Positions 55,939-64,000 of a stretch of 64,000 nucleotides of DNA are shown here, piece after piece. Source of the DNA: Candidatus Firestoneibacteriota bacterium (GTDB lineage Bacteria; Oederibacteriota; D2-FULL-39-29). Made by a program: the position numbers and the translations under genes. The notes under the pieces are model-generated. The model made no database searches and was not told where the DNA came from. It was given only the letters and a program-made list of their open reading frames with translations. The DNA lies in contig CAITEH010000033.1 in the NCBI GenBank assembly GCA_903891415.1, forward strand, positions 21,205 through 85,204, in the 5' to 3' direction. The first letter of the stretch is position 1; each line of letters starts with the position of its first letter.

Positions 55939-58248
55939 TCACTTTATTAATGCAAGTTTTCCGGTTTTTTTATTTCCCAGCAGATCCTCCGCAAGATACA
56001 TATAAACCCCGAAAGCCGCAAGATCGCCTTTAGTGTCCCGGCCATTCCATTCTACATAGCCGTTATTTCCAAAATCTTCCTCTTTAATAGTATTTAAAAG
56101 TTCTCCCTGAATAGAAAATATTTTCACTGTACAGTTTACGGTCAACCTGTCTATTTTTACGGTCCCGCCTGCTGCTTTAGACGGATTAAACGGACTGGGA
56201 AAACACCTTACCAGGCTTAAAGGATTGCTGCCGGCCGCCGCGGTGGAAAAACTATCGCCCGGCAGCCTCCACGTACCCATTGCGCCTCCGTAATAAAGAG
56301 TTTCATCAGGACCCACGCACAATGAGGCATCCGAGGTCATAGGCAGGTTATATTGTATGCTTGACCAGCTAGCTCCAAAGTCAGGGCTTTTATAAACGCA
56401 GGGTTCTCCCTTCCCGTCAACAGAAATATATACAATTCTGGGATTGACCGGATCAATGGCAATTGAGTTCATTTGCCTTCCGGCTTTTGGTATTAGCTCT
56501 GTCCATTTTCCGGCATCATATTTAAAGAGACTGTTTCGATTAACGCTGCTCACCGCATAAAGCCTGTCTTCAGTCAAAGGATCCACGGCAAACCCAGCCG
56601 GGCCGTTCCATTCATACCCGATACTGACACTTGCACTCGGAAGTTGCGTCCAGTTGCTTCCCCTATCAGAACTTTTATAAACTATAGTATCTGCTTTGGA
56701 CTTTTTTCCATAAATAATATCCCCGTTCTTGTTATACATTCCAAGAATACGATAAGTACCGTCGTTCATCTGGTGCCAGGTGTTTCCCCCATCATCTGTC
56801 CGGAGGTTTGCACAATAGATTACATTGCTATTTTGCGGATGAAGTTTAATCGTTTCGGCGTAGTTTAATTTAACAGGGAAAGGTGCACCGGACCCATCTG
56901 CGCCCGGGGAAAGAGAGAGCGTACCGGTACCCGTATCCTTGAGAACAACTCTCCAGGTGGACTTATCATCCGTAACTTTTATGGTATCATTAAAATAGGT
57001 CCCGCCTATCGCAATTATCCTTCCGCCGGGAAGTACCACCCCGCCAAACTGGCTGGAACCCCACACTACGCCGTCTTCAAAATAAGTATCATCCCCTCCG
57101 TAACATACGGAAGTATCCCAGCCGTTTGCCGTATAATCAGTCCCGAAGTCAAAGTTAAAAGTCCATATTTTATTTTTATCGGTTTTATCGAAGAACATCG
57201 CGGTGTCGCAGCCCCAGCCGTGGGCATGCCCCGAATTTCCGTTATTTGAAGGATTAAAGGTCGCGCCGCCGTCCGTCGTTTTATATATCCGGGTTCCGAT
57301 GCTGACCACGCCCTCGCTCAGATTAAAGGGGCTTAAGCTCATACCCGTCGCCGCGCTTCCCACCCAGGAGCCGATAAACGTAAGGCCGGTATTGACAGTG
57401 GACGGGCCGCTCCAGGGTCCAGCATCCCCGTTATGGCTGTAATATATGTACCTGCCGTCGGTGGACATCAGATACATATAGTTGGAACTAACCGGGCTTA
57501 TATCAAATAAATACACCCCCGTTTTATTGGTCCCGGCAACTGCGGTAAACGAACTTCCGCCGTCTGTCGATTTGTATAAACGGTCAGAACTTTTTACGGC
57601 ATATACGGTACTTGCATCCGAAGGATGAAAAACCAGGGCTCCGATCTGGCTTCCCGCAGTTATTCCTGTTGAAAGTACCCAGCTGTTACCGTCATTTGTA
57701 GACTTCCAGATCTCGCCTTCATCGGTCCCGATAAGTATGATAGAATTTTTGACCCTTACCCATCTGACTGCCTTGTTTGCAAAAGCAGTTTTCTGCACCC
57801 AGTTCGTTCCGCTATCGGTAGAAATATAAAAACCCTGTTGATAGGATCCGCAATAGATCTTTGAAGGATTTCCCGGCTCAAATTCCAGCTGGTGATGGCT
57901 GCCGGAAACATTATAAGTAACTATGGTGCTTGCAACCAGGACTTGAGACCAGGTATCCCCGCCGTTGGTTGACTTAAAGACTCCTGTCAGGGATGACGGT
58001 TTATAATTTATATAATGGCCGTAAGCATACATGGTATTGGCATCAGCAGGATGGACCAGTACCGAAGATATCCCGCCGGCCCTGAGCCCTTCCATCCGCG
58101 GAAAAACCCAGGTAGCTCCTTCATCAGAACTTTTCCTTACCTGCCCCACATCCACTCCGCAAAGAAGCGTCTTGTTATCCGAACCGCCTCTTTCCATGCC
58201 GGTCTGATACTGCCCGCCGTCCCCGCCGGACATACCCGCGGTTTTCAT
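55939..58248 (-). CDS. BNR/Asp-box repeat protein with C-terminal FlgD-Ig/T9SS-type sorting-like domain
   Basis: At least eight S-x-D-x-G-x-(T/S)-W/F boxes (STNGGDTW, STDSGTNW, STNDGNSW, ...). The C-terminus PSPFNPS ... VKIFSIQGELL ... GVYMYL resembles FlgD-Ig/Por-type tails. The signal peptide appears displaced by a frameshift (see finding at 58248-58349). Confidence 0.8.
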   Translation of the reverse strand: MKTAGMSGGDGGQYQTGMERGGSDNKTLLCGVDVGQVRKSSDEGATWVFPRMEGLRAGGISSVLVHPADANTMYAYGHYINYKPSSLTGVFKSTNGGDTWSQVLVASTIVTYNVSGSHHQLEFEPGNPSKIYCGSYQQGFYISTDSGTNWVQKTAFANKAVRWVRVKNSIILIGTDEGEIWKSTNDGNSWVLSTGITAGSQIGALVFHPSDASTVYAVKSSDRLYKSTDGGSSFTAVAGTNKTGVYLFDISPVSSNYMYLMSTDGRYIYYSHNGDAGPWSGPSTVNTGLTFIGSWVGSAATGMSLSPFNLSEGVVSIGTRIYKTTDGGATFNPSNNGNSGHAHGWGCDTAMFFDKTDKNKIWTFNFDFGTDYTANGWDTSVCYGGDDTYFEDGVVWGSSQFGGVVLPGGRIIAIGGTYFNDTIKVTDDKSTWRVVLKDTGTGTLSLSPGADGSGAPFPVKLNYAETIKLHPQNSNVIYCANLRTDDGGNTWHQMNDGTYRILGMYNKNGDIIYGKKSKADTIVYKSSDRGSNWTQLPSASVSIGYEWNGPAGFAVDPLTEDRLYAVSSVNRNSLFKYDAGKWTELIPKAGRQMNSIAIDPVNPRIVYISVDGKGEPCVYKSPDFGASWSSIQYNLPMTSDASLCVGPDETLYYGGAMGTWRLPGDSFSTAAAGSNPLSLVRCFPSPFNPSKAAGGTVKIDRLTVNCTVKIFSIQGELLNTIKEEDFGNNGYVEWNGRDTKGDLAAFGVYMYLAEDLLGNKKTGKLALIK

Positions 58249-58388
58249 AGCAGCAGTCCTGAGGAATAAAGGTTCCCAGACCGTCTGTGAAATCGCATAA
58301 GAAATAAAAATAATAGCTGCCGCAAAATAAAAAAAAGTTTTCTAAACATATATCCTGTCTTATGCCCTCGTATTATTTTCCCGGTACT

Positions 58389-59249
58389 TCAGAAATAATT
58401 TTTTAGCAAAGCTTCAAGTTTTGGCGGAGTTAGTTCTTCCCGGCAGAGGGAAATGTTTTTGTCCACCGGCGAATGATCCTCATAGACCGGGCGGCTGCTT
58501 TTGTAGATTATTCCGGTAGGTATTTTATCTCCCCATTCAAGCGATCTGGTGAAGGCGGCAGAACGGTCCGCCGGATCATAGGCCGGGTCTTCGTCCAGTT
58601 TATAAACACGTTCTTTATACCATTGATAAGTATTTACTTTATTGAAGGTGATACAGGGCTGCAGGATGTCAACAAAAGCAAAGCCCCGGTGGGAAAGCGC
58701 GCTTTTCATTATCTTCACAAGGTGCACCGGATCACCCGCAAAAGCCCGCGCGACAAACGAAGCATTAAGAGCTATGGCCATAGTAAGGGGATGCTCCGGT
58801 TCATTATAACTTCCAAACGGGGTGGTGCCGGTTTTCATTCCCGGGTCGGTGGTCGGTGAAGCCTGGCCCTTTGTAAGCCCGTAGATCTGGTTGTCATGTA
58901 CAAAATAGGTTATATCAGCATTGCGCCTTATGGCGTGGACAAAATGATTGCCTCCCTCAGCATAAGCATCCCCGTCTCCGCCGTGAACTATTACTTTCAT
59001 TTTATGATTTACGGCTTTAATACCAAAGGCCGCGGGCAAAGCTCTTCCGTGAAGCCCGTTAAAAAAATTACATTTCAAATAATGCGGGAGTTTTGCCGCC
59101 TGTCCTATACCCGAAACAAATATTACCTGCCAGGGCTCAAGGTTCAGTTCAGAAAGCGCAGCCTTTAGCGAGTTGAGTATCGCAAAATTACCGCACCCCG
59201 GACACCAGGCTGCAGGATCGTCACTATTATAATCTTGTTTTGTTACCAT
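58389..59249 (-). CDS. 2-oxoacid:ferredoxin oxidoreductase beta subunit (TPP-binding)
   Basis: 286 aa. WCPGCGNF near the N-terminus and the GGDGD TPP motif. Confidence 0.9.
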   Translation of the reverse strand: MVTKQDYNSDDPAAWCPGCGNFAILNSLKAALSELNLEPWQVIFVSGIGQAAKLPHYLKCNFFNGLHGRALPAAFGIKAVNHKMKVIVHGGDGDAYAEGGNHFVHAIRRNADITYFVHDNQIYGLTKGQASPTTDPGMKTGTTPFGSYNEPEHPLTMAIALNASFVARAFAGDPVHLVKIMKSALSHRGFAFVDILQPCITFNKVNTYQWYKERVYKLDEDPAYDPADRSAAFTRSLEWGDKIPTGIIYKSSRPVYEDHSPVDKNISLCREELTPPKLEALLKNYF

Positions 59250-59260
59250 CGTTTCCTCTT

Positions 59261-60967
59261 TTACAATTTTGTAATAATATAATTTGCGGTGATGGGCCTG
59301 CCGTCATAACGTAATATTCGTTTATGTACTATTACACCGGTATGCTCTGAGAATAAACTGCCGAACTGGCCGGTGGCATTGCCCTCAACAGCAACTATTT
59401 GTTTTATCCCGGCAAGATTAAACGGAAGTTTTAACTCCGGTAACGGCCAGAGCTCAGAAAAATGAAGCATTGCGGCCGGAACGCCTTTTTTATTCATAAG
59501 CTCCGCCGCTTCTTTAATAGCTCCATAAGTGGAACCCCAGCCGACAAAAAGAATTTCCGGTGCCTTATTACCCGCATATATAGGTTGTCTTATTTCCGCC
59601 GCAATAGCCGTAAGCTTGCCCAGGCGTTTCTTGACCATTAAGTCCCGGAGTTCCGCACTCTCACTGATATGCCCCTCCTCGGTATGTTCATCGCTGTCTT
59701 CACAAACAACCTGTCCGGGACAGCCGGGAACCAGGCGAGGAGAGATCCCGGCTTCATTCAGGGAATATCTCTTGTAACTGTAAGGAACACCGGGCCAGGT
59801 AAAATTAAGCTCTCCCCGGTTAACAGGTTCAATTTCCGGTTCAGCAGCGTCAAGCGTGGAGCTGGAGTCATTAAAATACTGGTCGGTAAGCACAATTACC
59901 GGCACCTGATATTTTTCTGCAAGATTAAAAGCCCTGCTCATAATAATAAAACTCTCCGCAGCCGTCCGCGGAGCCAGGATTATTTTTGCGAACTCTCCGT
60001 GCCCGGAATAGAGGGCAAATTTAAGGTCGCCCTGTTCCGTTCGTGTGGGAAAACCGGTCGCCGGGCCCGGTCTCTGGGTAAGGATCACCACAACCGGAGT
60101 TTCGGTCATACCGGCAAGAGAAATACCTTCGGTCATCAGAGCAAAGCCGCCTCCGCTTGTCGCGGTCATGGCGCGAACACCGCAAGAAGCAGCGCCGATC
60201 ACCATATTTACGGCGGCTATTTCATCCTCGGCCTGTTCATATATCAGCTTATGTTCCTCAGCTTTGGCGGCTATATATTCCATTACCGCCGTGGACGGAG
60301 ACATGGGATAACCCGCGTAAAATTTCAAACCCGAAGCTATTGACGCGATCGCGAGAGCTTCGCTTCCAGTCATAAAAAGCCGTTTTATTAGAGCAGGCGG
60401 AGCCTTTAATTCAAAAGAAAGGTTTCCTGAATTGGCCGAAACAAAATCATACCCCGCTTTTACCGCGTTAATATTATCTGCAATTATTTCTTCGCCCTTA
60501 CCGGAGAACAATTCTCTTATGACCTCATTGCAGGCAGCTAGATCCCATTTAAGAAGCGCCAGTACAGCTCCTGTCGCCACGGAATTGATCATTATTTTAT
60601 TTTTTCCTGCTTCCAGGGCTAAACGTTCAAGCGGTACCGAGAAAAGATAGGCTTCTTTTTTTTCAAAAACGATCTTCTCTCCGTCATAAATACAAACACC
60701 GCCTTTTTTAAGTTTGTTTATATTTCCAAGTACAGCCTCCCTATCCAGCGCCACAAGAATATCAAAAGAAAAAGAGATCGAGCCGGCGGGTGTGTGTGTT
60801 ATTCTGGTAATTGAAACATTGGACCCTCCGCGGATGCGGGACATCAGATCATGATAGGTAAAGGCAAAGAATCCTTGACGGGTAAAAGTTTTTCCCAGAG
60901 TAAAAGAAATAGACTGCATCCCCTGTCCGGCCGCGCCGGCTATGCCTATTTCAATATCGTCTATCAT
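59261..60967 (-). CDS. 2-oxoacid:ferredoxin oxidoreductase alpha subunit (gamma-alpha fusion)
   Basis: 568 aa. N-terminal gamma-like GAAGQGMQS, then the alpha core (YPMSPST). Confidence 0.9.
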   Translation of the reverse strand: MIDDIEIGIAGAAGQGMQSISFTLGKTFTRQGFFAFTYHDLMSRIRGGSNVSITRITHTPAGSISFSFDILVALDREAVLGNINKLKKGGVCIYDGEKIVFEKKEAYLFSVPLERLALEAGKNKIMINSVATGAVLALLKWDLAACNEVIRELFSGKGEEIIADNINAVKAGYDFVSANSGNLSFELKAPPALIKRLFMTGSEALAIASIASGLKFYAGYPMSPSTAVMEYIAAKAEEHKLIYEQAEDEIAAVNMVIGAASCGVRAMTATSGGGFALMTEGISLAGMTETPVVVILTQRPGPATGFPTRTEQGDLKFALYSGHGEFAKIILAPRTAAESFIIMSRAFNLAEKYQVPVIVLTDQYFNDSSSTLDAAEPEIEPVNRGELNFTWPGVPYSYKRYSLNEAGISPRLVPGCPGQVVCEDSDEHTEEGHISESAELRDLMVKKRLGKLTAIAAEIRQPIYAGNKAPEILFVGWGSTYGAIKEAAELMNKKGVPAAMLHFSELWPLPELKLPFNLAGIKQIVAVEGNATGQFGSLFSEHTGVIVHKRILRYDGRPITANYIITKL

Positions 60968-61200
60968 TTCTTCTTCACGTAAACTTTGTGTATATCCCCT
61001 TCGGTTTGACTTCCCAGCATTTCATTCCCTGTCATCTTTGCCCAGGCAGGCATATCTTTAAGTATGCCTTCGTCATCAGCAATTACTTCCAATATTTCAC
61101 CGCTCTTCATCTCTTTTATTATTTCAGCAGTTTTCATAATAGGCACGGGGCAATAGAGCCCGAGACAATCCAGTTCTTTATCAGGTTTAATATTAAACAT
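60964..61200 (-). CDS. TusA/SirA-family sulfurtransferase
   Basis: 78 aa. LDCLGLYCPVPIMK contains the Cys-Pro-x-Pro motif. Its TGA overlaps the alpha-subunit ATG (ATGA at 60964-60967). Confidence 0.85.
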   Translation of the reverse strand: MFNIKPDKELDCLGLYCPVPIMKTAEIIKEMKSGEILEVIADDEGILKDMPAWAKMTGNEMLGSQTEGDIHKVYVKKK

Positions 61201-61214
61201 GCTTTTTCCTTTGG

Positions 61215-61700
61215 TTAAATAAATAAATTAACATTCGCGTTTTTTGCTTCCGCGAGGTAGCTTGCGGCGCCGGCCATTTCAGCCACGTCGTCGATAAGGT
61301 CCGTTCTGTCCACGCCCATAATACCGCAGGAAGTTGTACACGCAATATACTTTACTTTCATTTCGCGCGCTGCTTTCATCATCTGCGGGAGCGAGGCCAT
61401 TTTTTTCTGTTTCATAAGCATTTTCATCATTTCCGGCCCGGCCCCGGCAAAATTGAATTTGGTAAGCGGCAGCTTGCTGCTTGTACCTTTGTTCAGGAAT
61501 GCAAACATTTTTTGCAGAAAATTCTTCTTACCTGCGGAAATCCCGCCCTTCTTCAGGACATTCAAACCCCAGAAGGTAAAGAAAATAGTGACCTCAAAAC
61601 CCGACGCGGCCGCGGTAGTGGCAAGAGTAAAACAGGCAAGCGCCTTGTCAAGTTCGCCTGAGAACAAAATCAGCGTCATTTTAGGTTTTTCATCAGACAT
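61215..61700 (-). CDS. DsrE/DsrF-like (DrsE_2) family protein
   Basis: 161 aa. MTLILFSGELDK ... FFTFWGL ... ACTTSC pattern of the DsrE-like family. Confidence 0.75.
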   Translation of the reverse strand: MSDEKPKMTLILFSGELDKALACFTLATTAAASGFEVTIFFTFWGLNVLKKGGISAGKKNFLQKMFAFLNKGTSSKLPLTKFNFAGAGPEMMKMLMKQKKMASLPQMMKAAREMKVKYIACTTSCGIMGVDRTDLIDDVAEMAGAASYLAEAKNANVNLFI

Positions 61701-61740
61701 TTCTTTATCCTCCGCATTTTATCTTATATGCCGGCTCACA

Positions 61741-61866
61741 GTTCGTAAAGTTTATAACGTTTTAAAGGTTTGTAACGTGAAAACCCGTATTATTAGCAAC
61801 TTTTTACTTTCAAAAGTCTTTTCTTTTGTAGTATCTTACTTTACAAACATTATGAACTTTACGGAC
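61741..61866. repeat. miniature ORF-less copy of the inverted GTTTGTAA-array element
   Basis: Left arm GTTCGTAAAGTTTATAACGTTTTAAAGGTTTGTAACG (61741-61777). The right arm (61835-61866) reverse-complements to GTCCGTAAAGTTCATAATGTTTGTAAAGTAAG. A 57-bp centre separates them. Confidence 0.55.
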
Positions 61867-61883
61867 TCTCTACAAAAAATCCT

Positions 61884-63077
61884 TCAGGACTTTTTGTAGA
61901 GCGGGGACATTTCTCTTAATTTTTTAACTATTTTTGCCAGTTCCACGGCGGTATATTCAATATCCGCTTTACTGATATCCTTATTCAGCGAAAAAAGCAT
62001 GGAGCCGTGACAAACTTCCTGCGGAACCCCGATGGAAAGCAATACATGTGAGGCCTTTAGGGCTTTGGAGGTGCAGGCCGAGCCCGAGGAGGCGGCTATG
62101 CCCGCATCATCAAGCCACATGAGCATGGATTCGCCTTCTATATATTCTACGGCTACATTTACATTATTTGGAAGGCGTTTTTTTGCATCCCCGTTTAACC
62201 GTACCTGTGGAATATTTTTAAGAATAAGTTCTATTAAAAGATCTCTTAAGGGCTCCATTTTCGCATTGCGTTCCGCCATTTCTGCCTTTGCCAGCTCCGC
62301 GGCTTTTCCCATTCCGACGATCGCCGGTACGTTTTCAAGTCCGGCTCTCCGGCCTCCTTCCTGAATACCACCGTCTATCAGCGGATTTATTCTGACACCT
62401 TTTTTTATGTATAAAGCTGCCGCGCCTTTGGGGCCGTAGAAGGAACTTGAGGCAAAGGAAAGAAGATCAACTCCGAGCGCTTCCACATCGACAGGTATTA
62501 CTCCCGCGGCGGCAACTGCATCCGTATGCAGGTAAACCGGCTGTAGCTTCCTCGCAACCCGCTCCGCGTTAACTTTCTTCAAGACCGCGGCCGCTTCAGA
62601 AACGGGCTCAATAGTCCCTATTTCATGATTAGCCAGCATAAGGGAAACAAGCACCGTATCATCCCGGATCAGTTTTTCGAGTTCACCGGCCTTTATTATT
62701 CCGGTACTGTCAACCTTAAGCTGGTTTGAGGTAAAGCCCGTCTTTTCCATGGATTTTACCGCTTGCATAACAGAGAAATGCTCTATTTCGGAGAAAATAA
62801 CATGCTTTCCCCTGGCTTGATTGGCCAGGCAAACCCCTTTTATGGCCATATTATTGGCTTCAGAACCGTTGGCGGTAAAAAAAATATATTCCGGAGCAGA
62901 GTTTATCAAAGCTCCGGCCTGTCTTCTCGCGTTGTCCAGAGCTTCTCTCGGGGCATTTCCATAGGAATGGATAGTTGAGGGGTTCCCGAATTCTTCTATA
63001 AAAAAAGGTTTCATCGCTTCAAAGACCCGCGGGTCAAGCGGCGTGCAAGAGGCATTATCCAGATAGATTTTTTTCAT
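61884..63077 (-). CDS. cysteine desulfurase (NifS/IscS class V aminotransferase)
   Basis: IYLDNASCTP start, PLP-Lys region, and active-site loop SSGSACTS. ATG 63077 (GGAG RBS) is preferred to the tracked TTG 63089. Confidence 0.9.
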   Translation of the reverse strand: MKKIYLDNASCTPLDPRVFEAMKPFFIEEFGNPSTIHSYGNAPREALDNARRQAGALINSAPEYIFFTANGSEANNMAIKGVCLANQARGKHVIFSEIEHFSVMQAVKSMEKTGFTSNQLKVDSTGIIKAGELEKLIRDDTVLVSLMLANHEIGTIEPVSEAAAVLKKVNAERVARKLQPVYLHTDAVAAAGVIPVDVEALGVDLLSFASSSFYGPKGAAALYIKKGVRINPLIDGGIQEGGRRAGLENVPAIVGMGKAAELAKAEMAERNAKMEPLRDLLIELILKNIPQVRLNGDAKKRLPNNVNVAVEYIEGESMLMWLDDAGIAASSGSACTSKALKASHVLLSIGVPQEVCHGSMLFSLNKDISKADIEYTAVELAKIVKKLREMSPLYKKS

Positions 63078-63128
63078 AGTAAGCTCCAATTATCCTTTAC
63101 AGAATTAAACGGCGGAAACCGTTATTTA

Positions 63129-64000
63129 TCACTTATGCGTGTTCAGATATTTAAAAACCGAAAGCGCCGCTTTTGCGCCTTCACCTGCCGCGATAATTAT
63201 CTGTTTTTCCGGCACATTGGTAACATCCCCGGCAGCAAAAATACCGGGCACATCAGTTTCGCAGCTGTTATTTACCAGTATTTCATTATTAATATTTTTT
63301 TTGACCGGGCCGGCAAATTCAGAATTAGGGAGCAGCCCGATCTCCACAAAGATCCCCTGCAGGGAAATTTCCTTTTTTACGCCTTTAGTATCAATAGTTA
63401 TTCCGGTGACAAAACTGCTCCCGGTAATTTTTTCTACCCGGCTGCTGTTAAAAACAGTCACATTAGGGGCTTCTTTCAATTTTGAAAGCATAACACTGTC
63501 CCCCGCCAGCTCAAGGGTGTTGTTAACAAGATATACCTGTTTTGAGATCTTGACCATCTGCAAAGCGGCATCCAGCGCGGAGTTACCGCCGCCGATAATT
63601 GCAACATCTTTTCCCGCAAAAAGAGGCCCGTCACAGGTCGCGCAATAGGCAACTCCCCTGTTCTTTAGTTCCTTTTCTCCGGGCACATTAAGCTCACGGC
63701 TTCTTTTTCCGGTGGCGAGTAAGAGGGTACTGGCCTTATAAATTGCTTTTTCAGTCTTGACCGTGATAATGCCGTCCGCTTTTTCAATAGCGATAATTCC
63801 TTCATTTTCTTTTATCGGGAATTTGTATTTTCTGGCATGCTCTTCAAATTTTCCGGCGAGTTCCGGGCCGGTCACGAACTGATAACCGGTGTAATTTTCT
63901 ATATCCCCGCTCCACGCTGCCTGCCCACCAATATCCCTGGTGACCAGAAGAAAATCAAGCTTTTTTCTTGCGGCATATACAGCGGCGGTGATCCCGGCAG
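63129..64000 (-). CDS. thioredoxin-reductase-like FAD/NAD(P) disulfide oxidoreductase (N-terminus beyond the right window edge)
   Basis: Redox-active CATCDG, GGGNSA NAD site, GDV FAD motif. The frame stays open upstream of the tracked M (…AGITAAVYAARKKLDFLLVTRDIGGQ…) to position 64000. Confidence 0.85.
   Translation of the reverse strand, partial: AGITAAVYAARKKLDFLLVTRDIGGQAAWSGDIENYTGYQFVTGPELAGKFEEHARKYKFPIKENEGIIAIEKADGIITVKTEKAIYKASTLLLATGKRSRELNVPGEKELKNRGVAYCATCDGPLFAGKDVAIIGGGNSALDAALQMVKISKQVYLVNNTLELAGDSVMLSKLKEAPNVTVFNSSRVEKITGSSFVTGITIDTKGVKKEISLQGIFVEIGLLPNSEFAGPVKKNINNEILVNNSCETDVPGIFAAGDVTNVPEKQIIIAAGEGAKAALSVFKYLNTHK

Noticed and set aside
59669-60343. 224-aa + ORF inside the OFOR alpha gene
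   Set aside because: It is an antisense shadow with Arg/Gly-rich low-complexity sequence.

Overview
A 64 kb chromosomal segment at roughly 40-45% GC (judged by eye). It looks like an uncultivated environmental bacterium, but taxonomy cannot be fixed from sequence alone. All product calls rest on reading the translations and motifs; no database search was possible. I support about 60 protein genes, mostly on the minus strand. I found no rRNA, tRNA or CRISPR array.

Gene blocks, left to right:
- 1-4500: amidohydrolase-like, Gfo/Idh/MocA, DegT aminotransferase and AraC regulator genes.
- 4600-12250: housekeeping and stress genes (DUF72, WD40, HAD, ferritin, APC permease, MscS).
- 12485-15276: an SOS module of lexA, an 82-aa ORF, a four-helix-bundle gene and dinB, with shared palindromic operators.
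- 16300-19035: an ABC exporter with its DUF1854 partner.
- 19153-23064: a PAS/HD-GYP protein and a DEAD-box helicase.
- 23739-26840: a MacAB-like efflux operon.
- 26926-30276: a small AT-rich accessory islet. It holds a RelE/ParE toxin-antitoxin pair bracketed by ~100-bp direct repeats, two GNAT genes, a GIY-YIG gene and a GyrI-like gene.
- 30277-33853: an SDR, a tandem-fused AdoMetDC-like protein and an HMGL-like aldolase.
- 34474-35085: a 600-bp non-coding gap carrying a MITE and a candidate small RNA.
- 37400-58349: a secreted glycan-degradation region with three paralogue families of TIM-barrel hydrolases, esterases, an MFS transporter and a BNR-repeat protein. A 2-oxoacid dehydrogenase E1-E2-E3-lipB operon interrupts it.
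- 58389-64000: a 2-oxoacid:ferredoxin oxidoreductase, translationally coupled to a TusA gene, lying downstream of DsrE-like, NifS-like and TrxB-like genes.

The most unusual signals are non-genic:
- two dispersed repeat families: a MITE with terminal inverted repeats plus target-site duplications, and inverted arrays of a GTTTGTAA unit, one of which encloses the four-helix-bundle gene;
- a promoter-to-terminator orphan RNA;
- a duplication-flanked toxin-antitoxin cassette;
- two frameshifts, one at an A8 homopolymer and one in an A/G-rich stretch, both in secreted-enzyme genes.
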